A stretch of 64,000 nucleotides of DNA from Dehalococcoidia bacterium (GTDB lineage Bacteria > Chloroflexota > Dehalococcoidia > SHYB01). Made by a program: the position numbers and the translations under genes. Where the stretch lies: positions 626,728 through 690,727 of the forward strand of contig OZ244810.1 of NCBI GenBank assembly GCA_965220155.1, written 5' to 3'. Under the pieces are notes generated by a model. The model did no database searches. It was not told where the DNA came from and was given only the letters and a program-made list of their open reading frames with translations. Shown here piece after piece: positions 55,893 to 64,000 of this stretch (position 1 is its first letter; each line of letters begins with the position of its first letter).

Positions 55893-56163
55893 ATGTAAAA
55901 GGCGAAGACGGAGACGAGTAGCGGCCCCCAAGGGCGCTCAGCGAGCCCGGTACGGTGAAAGCGGGTACGCTCTAGGACGCGAAAATCCCTCCCGAGCCGC
56001 TGCCCGAACACGACGTCAGTAGGCGCAGCCGGAAGCCCCCGTTACCGGGCAAGGGCATGAGCGCGTGCCCGGCAGAGACGCCCCGGACCTGATTCGGGGA
56101 ACAAGGGTGGTACCGCGGGTTGATGCAGCCCGTCCCTTGATAGGGGCGGGCTTTCCTGATTTT
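55893..56163 (+). promoter_or_regulatory. T-box riboswitch leader (Ile-specific by context) upstream of ileS, with promoter TTGACC-18-TATGCT at 55857..55886
   Basis: Canonical T-box sequence AACAAGGGTGGTACCGCGG at 56100..56118. Terminator hairpin AGCCCGTCCC-TTGATA-GGGGCGGGCT then TTCCTGATTTT at 56126..56163. Candidate specifier AUC in gcgaaaAUCcc near 55985. Confidence 0.7.
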
Positions 56164-56176
56164 GAGAGGTGCAGCG

Positions 56177-59100
56177 TTGCCGGAGCAGACGAAGGAATCG
56201 GAGAGCAGGGCCCCACTGTTCGCGGCTGTTTCGAGTCATGCGCGGTTCCCGGAGATGGAAGAGCGCGTTCTGGAATTCTGGAAGCGCGAGAACATCTTCG
56301 ACAAGAGCGTGCAGCAGAGGGCAGGCGGGCCCCGGTACACGGTCTACGAAGGTCCTCCCACCGCCAACGGGAGCCCCGGAATCCACCACGTCCTTTCGCG
56401 GGTCTTCAAAGACATCTTCCCTCGCTACAAGACGATGAAGGGCTACCATTCGCCCCGGAAGGGCGGTTGGGACACTCATGGCCTTCCCATCGAGCTGGAG
56501 GTGGAAAAGCAGCTCGGCATCCGCTCCAAGGCCGAGATCGAAGAGCACGGCCTGGACCGGTTCAACGACCTGTGCCGGTCCAGCGTGTTCCGCTATGTAA
56601 AGGAGTGGGAGGAGCTCACCGACCGTGTCGGGTTCTGGACCGACATGGAGAACGCTTACGTCACCTATGAGAACGGCTACGTGGAGACAGGCTGGTGGAT
56701 CATCAAGACCCTGTGGGAAGCCGGCCTCGTCTACAGGGGGCGCCGGGTTGCCCCTCATTGCCCCAGGTGCGGCACCACCCTGAGCAGTCACGAAGTCGCG
56801 TTGGGCTATCGTGAGAATACCCGCGACCCCTCCGTTTATGTCAAATTCGAGGTGGCCGCGGAAGAGGTCCCCGAAGCCATCCAAGCCCACATCAACGACC
56901 GGACCTATCTCCTGGCCTGGACCACGACCCCATGGACTCTGCCTGGGAACACGGGTCTGGCCGTTTCCCCCGACGATATCTACGTCGTCCTCGGAGTCTC
57001 GGACTCGGGCGAGCGACTCATCCTGGCTGAGGCTCTGGTAAAGCAGGCGGTCCCCGGTGAACATCAGGTGCTGGCGAGGTTCCCGGGCTCGGACCTCGTC
57101 GGACTCCGCTACAGGCCGCTCTATGACCCACTCGAGTACGGGGCCGAACTCCTGCGATTCGTGGAGACGGGCTCCAACGAGCTCGCTCCCGTTTCGTACA
57201 GACCCCAACCGCTGACCTATCCGGTCATCTCCGCCGACTTCGTCTCGATGGACGACGGCACGGGCATCGTCCATAGCGCCCCTTCCTTTGGGGAGGATGA
57301 CTACAACGCCGGCTCCTCCAACGGCCTGTACTTCGTCCAGCCCGTCGATCTCACCGGCACATTCGTAGGGACCTACCCGTGGGCGGGCCAGTTCGTCAAG
57401 GACGCGGACGCCGGAATACTGCGCGAGCTCAAAGAAAGGGGCCTGCTTTATCGGCGCGAGACCATCGAGCATACCTACCCCTTCTGCTGGCGGTGCGACA
57501 GCCCGCTGCTCTACTACGCCAAGACGTCCTGGTACCTGCGCACGAGCCTGATAAAGGACCGTCTTCTCTCGGCAAACGAGGAGATCACCTGGTACCCGGA
57601 TCACATCAAGAACGGCAGGTTCGGGGAATGGCTCAGAGGCAACGTCGACTGGGCGATCTCCAGGGAGCGCTATTGGGGGACCCCGTGGCCGGTATGGGAA
57701 TGCTCAGCCTGCAGCGCCGTGGAGGCCATCGGCAGCCGCGACGAGCTTCGGGGCAAGCCCGGGATCGAGGGTTTCCACGACGGCATCGACCTGCACCGTC
57801 CCCAAATAGATGCCGTGACCTACCGTTGCGCAGCCTGCCACGGCGTCATGCGCCGGCTGCCCGATGTCATCGACTGCTGGTTCGATTCGGGCGCCATGCC
57901 TTTGGCCCAGTGGCACTATCCTTTCGAGAACGCGGCCCTCATCGACGGCGGCGAGTGGTACCCGGCCGACTTCATCTGCGAAGCCGTCGATCAGACCCGA
58001 GGTTGGTTCTACAGCCTCCACGCTATCGCCGCCCTTGTCGAAACGGCGACGCATGGCCGGATCTCCGCTCCCAGCTATCGGCACGTCGTCTCGCTTGGCC
58101 TCATCCTGGATGCCAAGGGCGAAAAGATGAGCAAGTCTCGCGGCAATGTCGTGGACCCGTTTGAGGTGGTGAACACCCACGGCGCGGATGCGGTCCGCTG
58201 GTACCTGTATTCGGCTGCTCCCGCCGGGAACAACCGGAGGTTCTCCGCAGACCTCGTCGCCGAGGGGGTGCGCAAGTTCCTCCTTACACTGTGGAACACC
58301 TACTCCTTTTTTGTGACCTACGCCAATATCGATGGGTACAACCCGGCCAAGGCTTCGCTGATCGAGCCCACCGAGGAGCTCGATCGGTGGATCCTGTCGC
58401 GGCTCAACGCACTCGGCGGGGAGGTCACCGGCCTCCTTGACGGCTACGACGCGACGGCCGCCTCCCGCCGTATCCAGGCCTTCGTCGATGACCTCTCCAA
58501 CTGGTATGTCCGAAGAAGCCGCCGACGGTTCTGGAAAAGCGAAAGCGACACGGACAAAGCCTCCGCCTACGCGACCCTGTACCAGTGTTTGGTGACGCTT
58601 ACCAAGCTGCTTGCTCCTTTCACCCCTTTTATTGCCGAAGAGATGTATAGAAACCTGGTCTGCTCCATCTCGCCGGATGCCCCGGACAGCGTTCACCTGG
58701 CTGACTACCCTGAGCCGGACCCCGCGAAGACTGACGAAGAGCTTTCCCGGGCAACAGACCTGGTCATCAAGGCCGTTAGCCTCGGGAGGGCAGCGCGCAA
58801 CAAGTCAAAAATCAGGGTGCGCCAGCCTCTGGAAGCCCTGAAGGTCGCCACACGTTCGAGTTCGGAGCGCGAAGCCCTGTCACGCCAGGCAAGTCACATC
58901 CGCGAGGAGCTCAACGTCAAAGAGGTCTCCTTCGTTGAGGATGAGTCGGAGCTCGTCGATATTCAGGTCCAGGCCAGGCTGGACGTTATTGGGCCCAAGT
59001 ACGGCCGGGAGATAGGCGGGGTAGTGGCCGCAGTCAAACAGGCGGACGCGGCAACGGTTGCGCCGAAGATCCGCGGGGGGACCCCGGTCGAGGTCGAGGG

Positions 59101-59479
59101 GTTCACCTTGCAGCCCCACGAGCTTCAGGTGCAGGGCATCGATAAGCCGGGCTACGCGGTCTCAGCCGATGGGCCCCTTACCGTCGCGGTAACTACCGAG
59201 ATAACGCCCGCCCTTGCGTTAGAGGGTAAGGCCCGGGAGCTCGTCCACCGGGTCCAGAACATGAGGAAGTCGGCGGGCTTCGATATTTCGGACCGCATCC
59301 AGCTCTTCTACCAAGCGGGTGACGAGATCGGTGATGTCTTCTCGAAGCACGGCTCCTACATCGAGCAGGAGACGCTAGCCGAGAGTATCGTGGCGGGACC
59401 CCCAGAGGAAGGCGCCTTCACGGAGAGCCAGAAGATCGATGGGGCGCAAGTCGAGCTAGCGGTGATGCGGGCCGGCTGA
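56177..59479 (+). CDS. ileS: Isoleucyl-tRNA synthetase (type 2-like N-terminus)
   Basis: ...FPEMEERVLEFWKRENIFDKSVQQRAGGPRYTVYEGPPTANGSPGIHHVLSRVFKDIF...KMSKSRGNVVDP.... TTG 56177 with a GAGAGG RBS is preferred because 56162 lies inside the T-box terminator. ATG 56255 is an alternative. Confidence 0.9.
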   Translation: MPEQTKESESRAPLFAAVSSHARFPEMEERVLEFWKRENIFDKSVQQRAGGPRYTVYEGPPTANGSPGIHHVLSRVFKDIFPRYKTMKGYHSPRKGGWDTHGLPIELEVEKQLGIRSKAEIEEHGLDRFNDLCRSSVFRYVKEWEELTDRVGFWTDMENAYVTYENGYVETGWWIIKTLWEAGLVYRGRRVAPHCPRCGTTLSSHEVALGYRENTRDPSVYVKFEVAAEEVPEAIQAHINDRTYLLAWTTTPWTLPGNTGLAVSPDDIYVVLGVSDSGERLILAEALVKQAVPGEHQVLARFPGSDLVGLRYRPLYDPLEYGAELLRFVETGSNELAPVSYRPQPLTYPVISADFVSMDDGTGIVHSAPSFGEDDYNAGSSNGLYFVQPVDLTGTFVGTYPWAGQFVKDADAGILRELKERGLLYRRETIEHTYPFCWRCDSPLLYYAKTSWYLRTSLIKDRLLSANEEITWYPDHIKNGRFGEWLRGNVDWAISRERYWGTPWPVWECSACSAVEAIGSRDELRGKPGIEGFHDGIDLHRPQIDAVTYRCAACHGVMRRLPDVIDCWFDSGAMPLAQWHYPFENAALIDGGEWYPADFICEAVDQTRGWFYSLHAIAALVETATHGRISAPSYRHVVSLGLILDAKGEKMSKSRGNVVDPFEVVNTHGADAVRWYLYSAAPAGNNRRFSADLVAEGVRKFLLTLWNTYSFFVTYANIDGYNPAKASLIEPTEELDRWILSRLNALGGEVTGLLDGYDATAASRRIQAFVDDLSNWYVRRSRRRFWKSESDTDKASAYATLYQCLVTLTKLLAPFTPFIAEEMYRNLVCSISPDAPDSVHLADYPEPDPAKTDEELSRATDLVIKAVSLGRAARNKSKIRVRQPLEALKVATRSSSEREALSRQASHIREELNVKEVSFVEDESELVDIQVQARLDVIGPKYGREIGGVVAAVKQADAATVAPKIRGGTPVEVEGFTLQPHELQVQGIDKPGYAVSADGPLTVAVTTEITPALALEGKARELVHRVQNMRKSAGFDISDRIQLFYQAGDEIGDVFSKHGSYIEQETLAESIVAGPPEEGAFTESQKIDGAQVELAVMRAG

Positions 59480-59615
59480 GTGCTTTCGTTGGCCAGCTTT
59501 ACTGCCAGGTCCCGCATTATGCCTCTGGACGGTCGGGCTGGTGCGTGTTCACACTAGCTGTGAGGCAAAGGCTTGCCAAAGGCGTGGCGGGGCTAAGGTG
59601 CCTGGCGGGCAGCGT

Positions 59616-59766
59616 CTTAGATTCCTCGGCTGCGCCTCGGAATCACTATGGCCTTGTGAAGGCCACGTAAGGGGATGAAAACAAGGCGGCGTCCCAGGAC
59701 AGGGCCGGAGGCGGGTTTGAAACCCGCCTCTACGAAACAACGGTGCGGCGGTGCCCATTTTCATAG
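59616..59766. repeat. Copy B of the novel repeat of about 170 bp (inverted relative to copy A at 20521..20700), with the palindrome GAGGCGGGTTTGAAACCCGCCTC at 59708..59730; lies between the convergent 3' ends of ileS and rho
   Basis: Reverse complement of 59639..59766 is ctatgaaaatgggcaccgccgcaccgttgtttcgtagaggcgggtttcaaacccgcctccggccctgtcctgggacgccgccttgttttcatccccttacgtggccttcacaaggccatagtgattc, which matches copy A with 3-4 mismatches. Confidence 0.8.
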
Positions 59767-59959
59767 TAATCGCTCATGCCGGTTGTCTCCGGCGCACCAA
59801 GGTATGAAAATCGGGGGCGCCGGTTGGGTGATGAGTTCGGTAGTCATTGGCGCTCCGAGCCCGTGCGGGAATTTGCCTGGGTGGCCAACAGGCCCTATTT
59901 TCGTACCAATGACATGGGGGAGCGCTTTTCGTGTAGCGCGAGCATAGGGTAAACAGGCC

Positions 59960-61360
59960 CTAGACCGTTGCGCCTTTCCCCTGGTTGAGGGACGCCAGGA
60001 ATTGGGCGTTGCTGGTGGTCTTTTTCATGCGGTCGAGGACCTTCTCGACTGCCTCTGTAGGGTTGTTCGGGTCGTTGTTGATCATCGAAACGATGCGGCG
60101 CAGGAGCCAGACCTGTTTGAGCGTGTCCTCTTCCAGCAGGAGCTCCTCCCTTCGGGTCCCGCTGCGAAGCATATCAATCGCCGGGTAGATACGCCGGTCG
60201 GCCAGCCGGCGCTCCAGGTGAAGCTCCATATTGCCGGTCCCCTTGAACTCCTCGTAGATGACCTCGTCCATGCGGCTCCCGGTGTCCACCAGGCATGTCG
60301 CGATCACCGTGAGGCTGCCGCCCTGCTCCATCTTCCGGGCAGCGCCGAAAAAGCGCTTGGGTGGATACAGGGCGACGGGGTCAATGCCTCCTGAGAGCGT
60401 CCGGCCACTCGTGGGGACCGCGAGGTTGTAGGCGCGAGTCAGCCTGGTGAGGCTGTCAAGCAGGATCACTACATCGCGCCCGCATTCGGCCAATCTCTTC
60501 GCCCGTTCGAGGCCGAGCTCGGCGACCCTGGTATGGTCTTCAACTGGCTCGTCAAAGGTAGAGCTGAAGACCTCTCCCTCTACGGACCGCTCCATGTCGG
60601 TGACCTCTTCGGGCCGCTCCCCGACGAGGGCGACCATGAGGTCCATCTCCGGCGCGTTCTTTGCAATGCCTTCGGCGATGCTCTTCAGCAGCATTGTCTT
60701 GCCCGCTTTAGGCGGCGAGACGATGAGACCGCGCTGGCCGCGTCCGATGGGGGCAAGGAGATCGATCAGCCGGTTGGAGAGGTTCTGAGGGGTGGTTTCG
60801 AGCGTGATTCGGGAGTTCGGGAAAAGCGGGGTAAGCTTTTCGAAGATGGGCCGTTGCCTGGCCTCCTCCGGTTCGAGTCCATTCACCGTCTCGACCCGCA
60901 ACAGGCCGAGGTATTTCTCGCCGTCCTTCGGGGAACGGACCTGCCCCATAACCTGGTCCCCGGTACGCAGGGCGAACCGCCTTATCTGCGACGGTGAGAC
61001 ATACACGTCCCCCGCACCCGGCCTCAGCCCCTCGTGACGAAGAAAGCCGTAGCCGTCGTCAATGATCTCCAGCACGCCTGTCGCAATCTCGGCTGTGGCA
61101 TCGAAGACCTTGCGGGCAAGGTCCTCCTTCTTCAGCGTAGAGATGCCCGAGAGGCCCGCCTCCTTTGCGATGTCCAAGAGCTCTTCCTTGCTCTTGGAGC
61201 CGAGCTCGGCCAGGCTCACACCTGCGTCGGCCTGAGGCTCCGCAAACCTGTTGCCTCGCCTGCGCCTAGAGCGGAGGTTGCGTCTTCCCATGTGGTTGCC
61301 GCCGGAGCTGTTACCGGAGAGCGAGCGCTCTTGGTGACCATCCTGGGTTGTGATTTCCAT
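59960..61360 (-). CDS. rho: Transcription termination factor Rho (with Arg/Gly-rich N-terminal extension)
   Basis: ...[47 protein letters not shown]...[49 protein letters not shown]... Confidence 0.9.
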   Translation of the reverse strand: MEITTQDGHQERSLSGNSSGGNHMGRRNLRSRRRRGNRFAEPQADAGVSLAELGSKSKEELLDIAKEAGLSGISTLKKEDLARKVFDATAEIATGVLEIIDDGYGFLRHEGLRPGAGDVYVSPSQIRRFALRTGDQVMGQVRSPKDGEKYLGLLRVETVNGLEPEEARQRPIFEKLTPLFPNSRITLETTPQNLSNRLIDLLAPIGRGQRGLIVSPPKAGKTMLLKSIAEGIAKNAPEMDLMVALVGERPEEVTDMERSVEGEVFSSTFDEPVEDHTRVAELGLERAKRLAECGRDVVILLDSLTRLTRAYNLAVPTSGRTLSGGIDPVALYPPKRFFGAARKMEQGGSLTVIATCLVDTGSRMDEVIYEEFKGTGNMELHLERRLADRRIYPAIDMLRSGTRREELLLEEDTLKQVWLLRRIVSMINNDPNNPTEAVEKVLDRMKKTTSNAQFLASLNQGKGATV

Positions 61361-61769
61361 TTTCGATGCCTTTCAGGTCCGTTCGCCCAGTCGCGTAGTG
61401 TCCGATATCGAGGCCTTATGCCCACCCAAGCCACTCACGTCACGATGGCGCCACATACCGGACTCTACTGGAGTCAGGCGGTGACCAAGATCGGTGATTC
61501 GGGAAAGGGGCCGATGGCCGTGTTGGAGGTGATCCTTCTGTCTGTGATGGGCCCCCGGCGCCTACGCGCCGCCCACCTGGACCAGTGTGGAAAGGCCTGG
61601 GAGCTTATGCCGAGCGTGTCCTCAGAGAATCGCTGGCGCACCTGGGCGGGATGTTTGGAGCTCGCAATCGAGTGCCGTACATGAAGACTCGTGAGCGCAA
61701 GGAACAGCGCTCATCGGAGGGAGGGTGCCTTCTTGCAGTATAGCACAACGTCTAATTGAAACACAGTGG

Positions 61770-63404
61770 CTATTCTCTAAACGGCAAGGGGTGCTGTCCA
61801 CCTACCGGCACGATACCCTTCGCGGCGTTCACGAATGCGCGGAACAAGGGGTGAGGACGGTGGGGCCGCGAGTTGAACTCGGCGTGGAACTGCGTGCCGA
61901 CCATGAACGGATGGTCCTCAATCTCGGTGATCTCCACGAGCCTGCCGTCCGGCGATACCCCACTCGCAACCAGGCCCGCATCCTGGAACTGCTGGCGGTA
62001 CTCGTTGTTGAACTCGAAACGGTGACGGTGGCGTTCTCTCACCATCGGGACCTGGTAGGCCTCCTTGGCGATCGTAGCAGTAACCAGCTCACAGGGGTAT
62101 TCACCGAGCCGCATCGTTCCCCCCATGCCGGATACATCCCGCTGGTCCGGCATGATGTCGATGACGGGATAGGGGGTCTCCAACTCAAACTCGGTGGAGT
62201 TGGGCTCATTAGTGCCGAACAGCTGCCTCGCGAACTCGATAACCATGATCTGCATGCCCAGACACAGCCCCAAGTAGGGGATGCGGTGCGCCCTCGCGAA
62301 ACGGGCAGCTTTGATCATCCCTTCGATCCCCCGGGAGCCAAACCCTCCGGGCACGATGATTCCGCTCACTGTCTGCAGCACCCCTTCCGCCCCGTCCTCC
62401 TCCAGGTCTTCGGAGTAGATCCAGCTGATCTCCACCTCGCGGCCATGGTAGATAGCCGCGTGGCGAAGGGCCTCTCTCACTGAGATATATGCGTCCTCAA
62501 GCTGGACGTACTTGCCAACGATCGCGATGGGCAACGGCTCCTTGGCTCTTTCCATCACCGCGAGCATCGCCTGCCAGTCGGCCAAGTCGCTGGGCCGACC
62601 CTTCAACCCCAGCTCGCCGATGATGATCTCTCCCAGCCGGGCCTCTTCCAGGATCACGGGCACGGAGTAAATGTTGGGCACGGTGGCCAGGGGGATCACC
62701 GCATCCGGCGGTACATCGCAGAAGAGGGCAATCTTCTCTCTAATCTCATCGGACACGGGGTAGTCGCTTCGGCTCAGGATCACGTCCGGCTGGATGCCGA
62801 TGCTCCGCAGCTCTTTGACGCTGTGCTGTGTGGGCTTGGTCTTCAGCTCCCGAGTGGCATTGATAAAGGGCAGGTAGGTGACATGTATGTAGAGGACGTT
62901 GTCACGGCCGACCTCATTCCGCATCTGCCTGATCGCCTCGAGGAACGGCAGCCCCTCGATGTCGCCAACGGTGCCTCCCACCTCCACCACGATCACCTCG
63001 GCCCCACTTTCCTCCGCGAGGGCGTGCATGTTCTCCTTGATCGCGTTGGTCACATGAGGAACTACCTGGATGGTGCCCCCGAGAAAATCACCCCGGCGCT
63101 CCTTGCCGATGACCGAGCTATAGATCACCCCCGAGGTCAGGTTCGAGCTCCTGGTCAGCTCGAGATCGATGAATCGCTCGTAGTGCCCGAGGTCGAGATC
63201 GGTCTCGCACCCATCGACAGTAACGAACACCTCTCCATGCTGGTAGGGCGACATCGTCCCAGGATCGACATTGAGGTACGGGTCCAGCTTTTGGACTGAG
63301 ACCGATATGCCGCGGGACTTGAGCAACCGGCCGATGGAGGCGACGGCGATCCCTTTTCCTACGGAGCTAACGACGCCGCCCGTTGCAAAGATGAATTTCG
63401 CCAC
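61770..63404 (-). CDS. pyrG: CTP synthase
   Basis: MAKFIFATGGVVSSVGKGIAVASIGRLLKSRGISVSVQKLDPYLNVDPGTMSPYQHGEVFVT...GLCLGMQIMVIEFAR... Confidence 0.9.
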   Translation of the reverse strand: MAKFIFATGGVVSSVGKGIAVASIGRLLKSRGISVSVQKLDPYLNVDPGTMSPYQHGEVFVTVDGCETDLDLGHYERFIDLELTRSSNLTSGVIYSSVIGKERRGDFLGGTIQVVPHVTNAIKENMHALAEESGAEVIVVEVGGTVGDIEGLPFLEAIRQMRNEVGRDNVLYIHVTYLPFINATRELKTKPTQHSVKELRSIGIQPDVILSRSDYPVSDEIREKIALFCDVPPDAVIPLATVPNIYSVPVILEEARLGEIIIGELGLKGRPSDLADWQAMLAVMERAKEPLPIAIVGKYVQLEDAYISVREALRHAAIYHGREVEISWIYSEDLEEDGAEGVLQTVSGIIVPGGFGSRGIEGMIKAARFARAHRIPYLGLCLGMQIMVIEFARQLFGTNEPNSTEFELETPYPVIDIMPDQRDVSGMGGTMRLGEYPCELVTATIAKEAYQVPMVRERHRHRFEFNNEYRQQFQDAGLVASGVSPDGRLVEITEIEDHPFMVGTQFHAEFNSRPHRPHPLFRAFVNAAKGIVPVGGQHPLPFRE

Positions 63405-63578
63405 AAGCTAACCTGGGCCCGAGCGAGGGGCCTGTTGGGGCCGGAGATGTCCGTGGGGGAAACCTGAGCGGTCTTTGGGGGAAGGGGTCGGCGAGATAGC
63501 GGCTTTGCGCCACATTGAAGAGGGCGTAGTGCCGACCTTCAACGGCCACCTCATGTCGAACCCAGTTCAACGGCGGCA

Positions 63579-63845
63579 TTATATGGGCACGTCTCCGCGA
63601 GTGTCAAACAGATTTGGCGGCGGGTAAGGAGAGGGGCTGGGGGAGCGGTTTTCCACGAACGCCGAGCCCTCACGAGGGGGTCTTCCGCTGTTGAATGGCT
63701 TAGCCCGCCCAACGTACAATGGGACTGTGTCCGGCTCCCTGTTCACCCCTTCGACAACTCGGACTTTGTACATGGCCCCTCCGGCTTCGGAATCGTCACG
63801 CATGCAGGTCAACTGCGGTCTCATTGGAGTTGGGACCGTTGGCAC
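63579..63845 (-). CDS. Questionable Pro-rich ORF upstream of pyrG (possibly non-coding)
   Basis: Track ORF only: ...AMYKVRVVEGVNREPDTVPLYVGRAKPFNSGRPPREGS.... No recognised family, and it overlaps a more plausible plus-strand frame at its 5' end. Confidence 0.2.
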   Translation of the reverse strand: MPTVPTPMRPQLTCMRDDSEAGGAMYKVRVVEGVNREPDTVPLYVGRAKPFNSGRPPREGSAFVENRSPSPSPYPPPNLFDTRGDVPI

Positions 63846-64000
63846 GGCGACTCTGGATTTCTTCGCCGAAGGACCCCTCTCCCTTGGTCTGGCCGGCTCT
63901 GAGATAGGGCGCAGGACCTCGGTCCCAGTGCACGTCTGGAGCGCCTCCCGAAGGTCCCGGACGAAGCAGAAGGCCGCGTCCGAGGATCTGATTCACGCCG
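63786..64000 (+). CDS. Possible 5' end of an NAD(P)-binding Rossmann-fold protein (homoserine-dehydrogenase-like N-terminus), running off the window
   Basis: ATG 63786, MQVNCGLIGVGTVGTATLDFFAEGPLSLGLAG... with a GxGxxG motif. Open to the window end, which is why it is absent from the ORF track. Confidence 0.3.

Overview
High-GC (about 65%) bacterial chromosomal segment with dense coding on both strands; most long antisense ORFs in the track are GC-driven shadow frames. Features in order: (1) a minus-strand operon of three DsrE/DsrF/DsrH (TusBCD)-family sulfur-relay genes followed directly by sufB-sufC-sufD-sufS; (2) a pst operon (pstS-like, pstC, pstA, pstB, phoU) preceded by a Pho box of four TTAACA-like direct repeats at 11-bp phasing, where the pstS-like gene is oddly short; (3) thrS-infC-rpmI-rplT, with an ISAs1-family IS (perfect 18-bp terminal inverted repeats, 8-bp target duplication, frameshifted transposase) inserted into the T-tract of the rplT terminator; (4) a DtxR/MntR-family regulator; (5) a roughly 15-kb uncharacterised CoA-dependent catabolic cluster (three amidohydrolase-2, two CaiB/BaiF CoA-transferases, two crotonases, two LLM-class oxidoreductases, a tandem NTF2-like protein, an unknown 302-aa protein) plus two ABC-2 exporters; (6) a Rieske-PTPS-PTPS-SDR pterin-type operon; (7) tandem SDR paralogs; (8) tRNA-Gly(UCC), a 2-hydroxyacid dehydrogenase, a relic sufD fragment, a 4-OT tautomerase and a CocE/NonD hydrolase; (9) rpmH-rnpA-yidD-[PQQ beta-propeller lipoprotein]-yidC-jag; (10) nadA-nadB-nadC and miaB on the minus strand, and tRNA-Ser(GCU); (11) tenA, two FmdB zinc-ribbon genes, a quinone oxidoreductase, an SMP-30 lactonase, dtd, a T-box leader plus ileS, rho and pyrG. 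A novel repeat of about 170 bp carrying a perfect 23-nt palindrome occurs as two inverted copies about 39 kb apart (20.5 kb and 59.7 kb), one beside a decayed GIY-YIG nuclease gene. Many adjacent genes overlap by ATGA, GTGA or TGATG, consistent with translational coupling. Gene starts were set from ORF-track coordinates plus amino-acid offsets; several are non-ATG and may be off by a few codons. Hand-counted coordinates of small motifs may be off by 1-2 nt.
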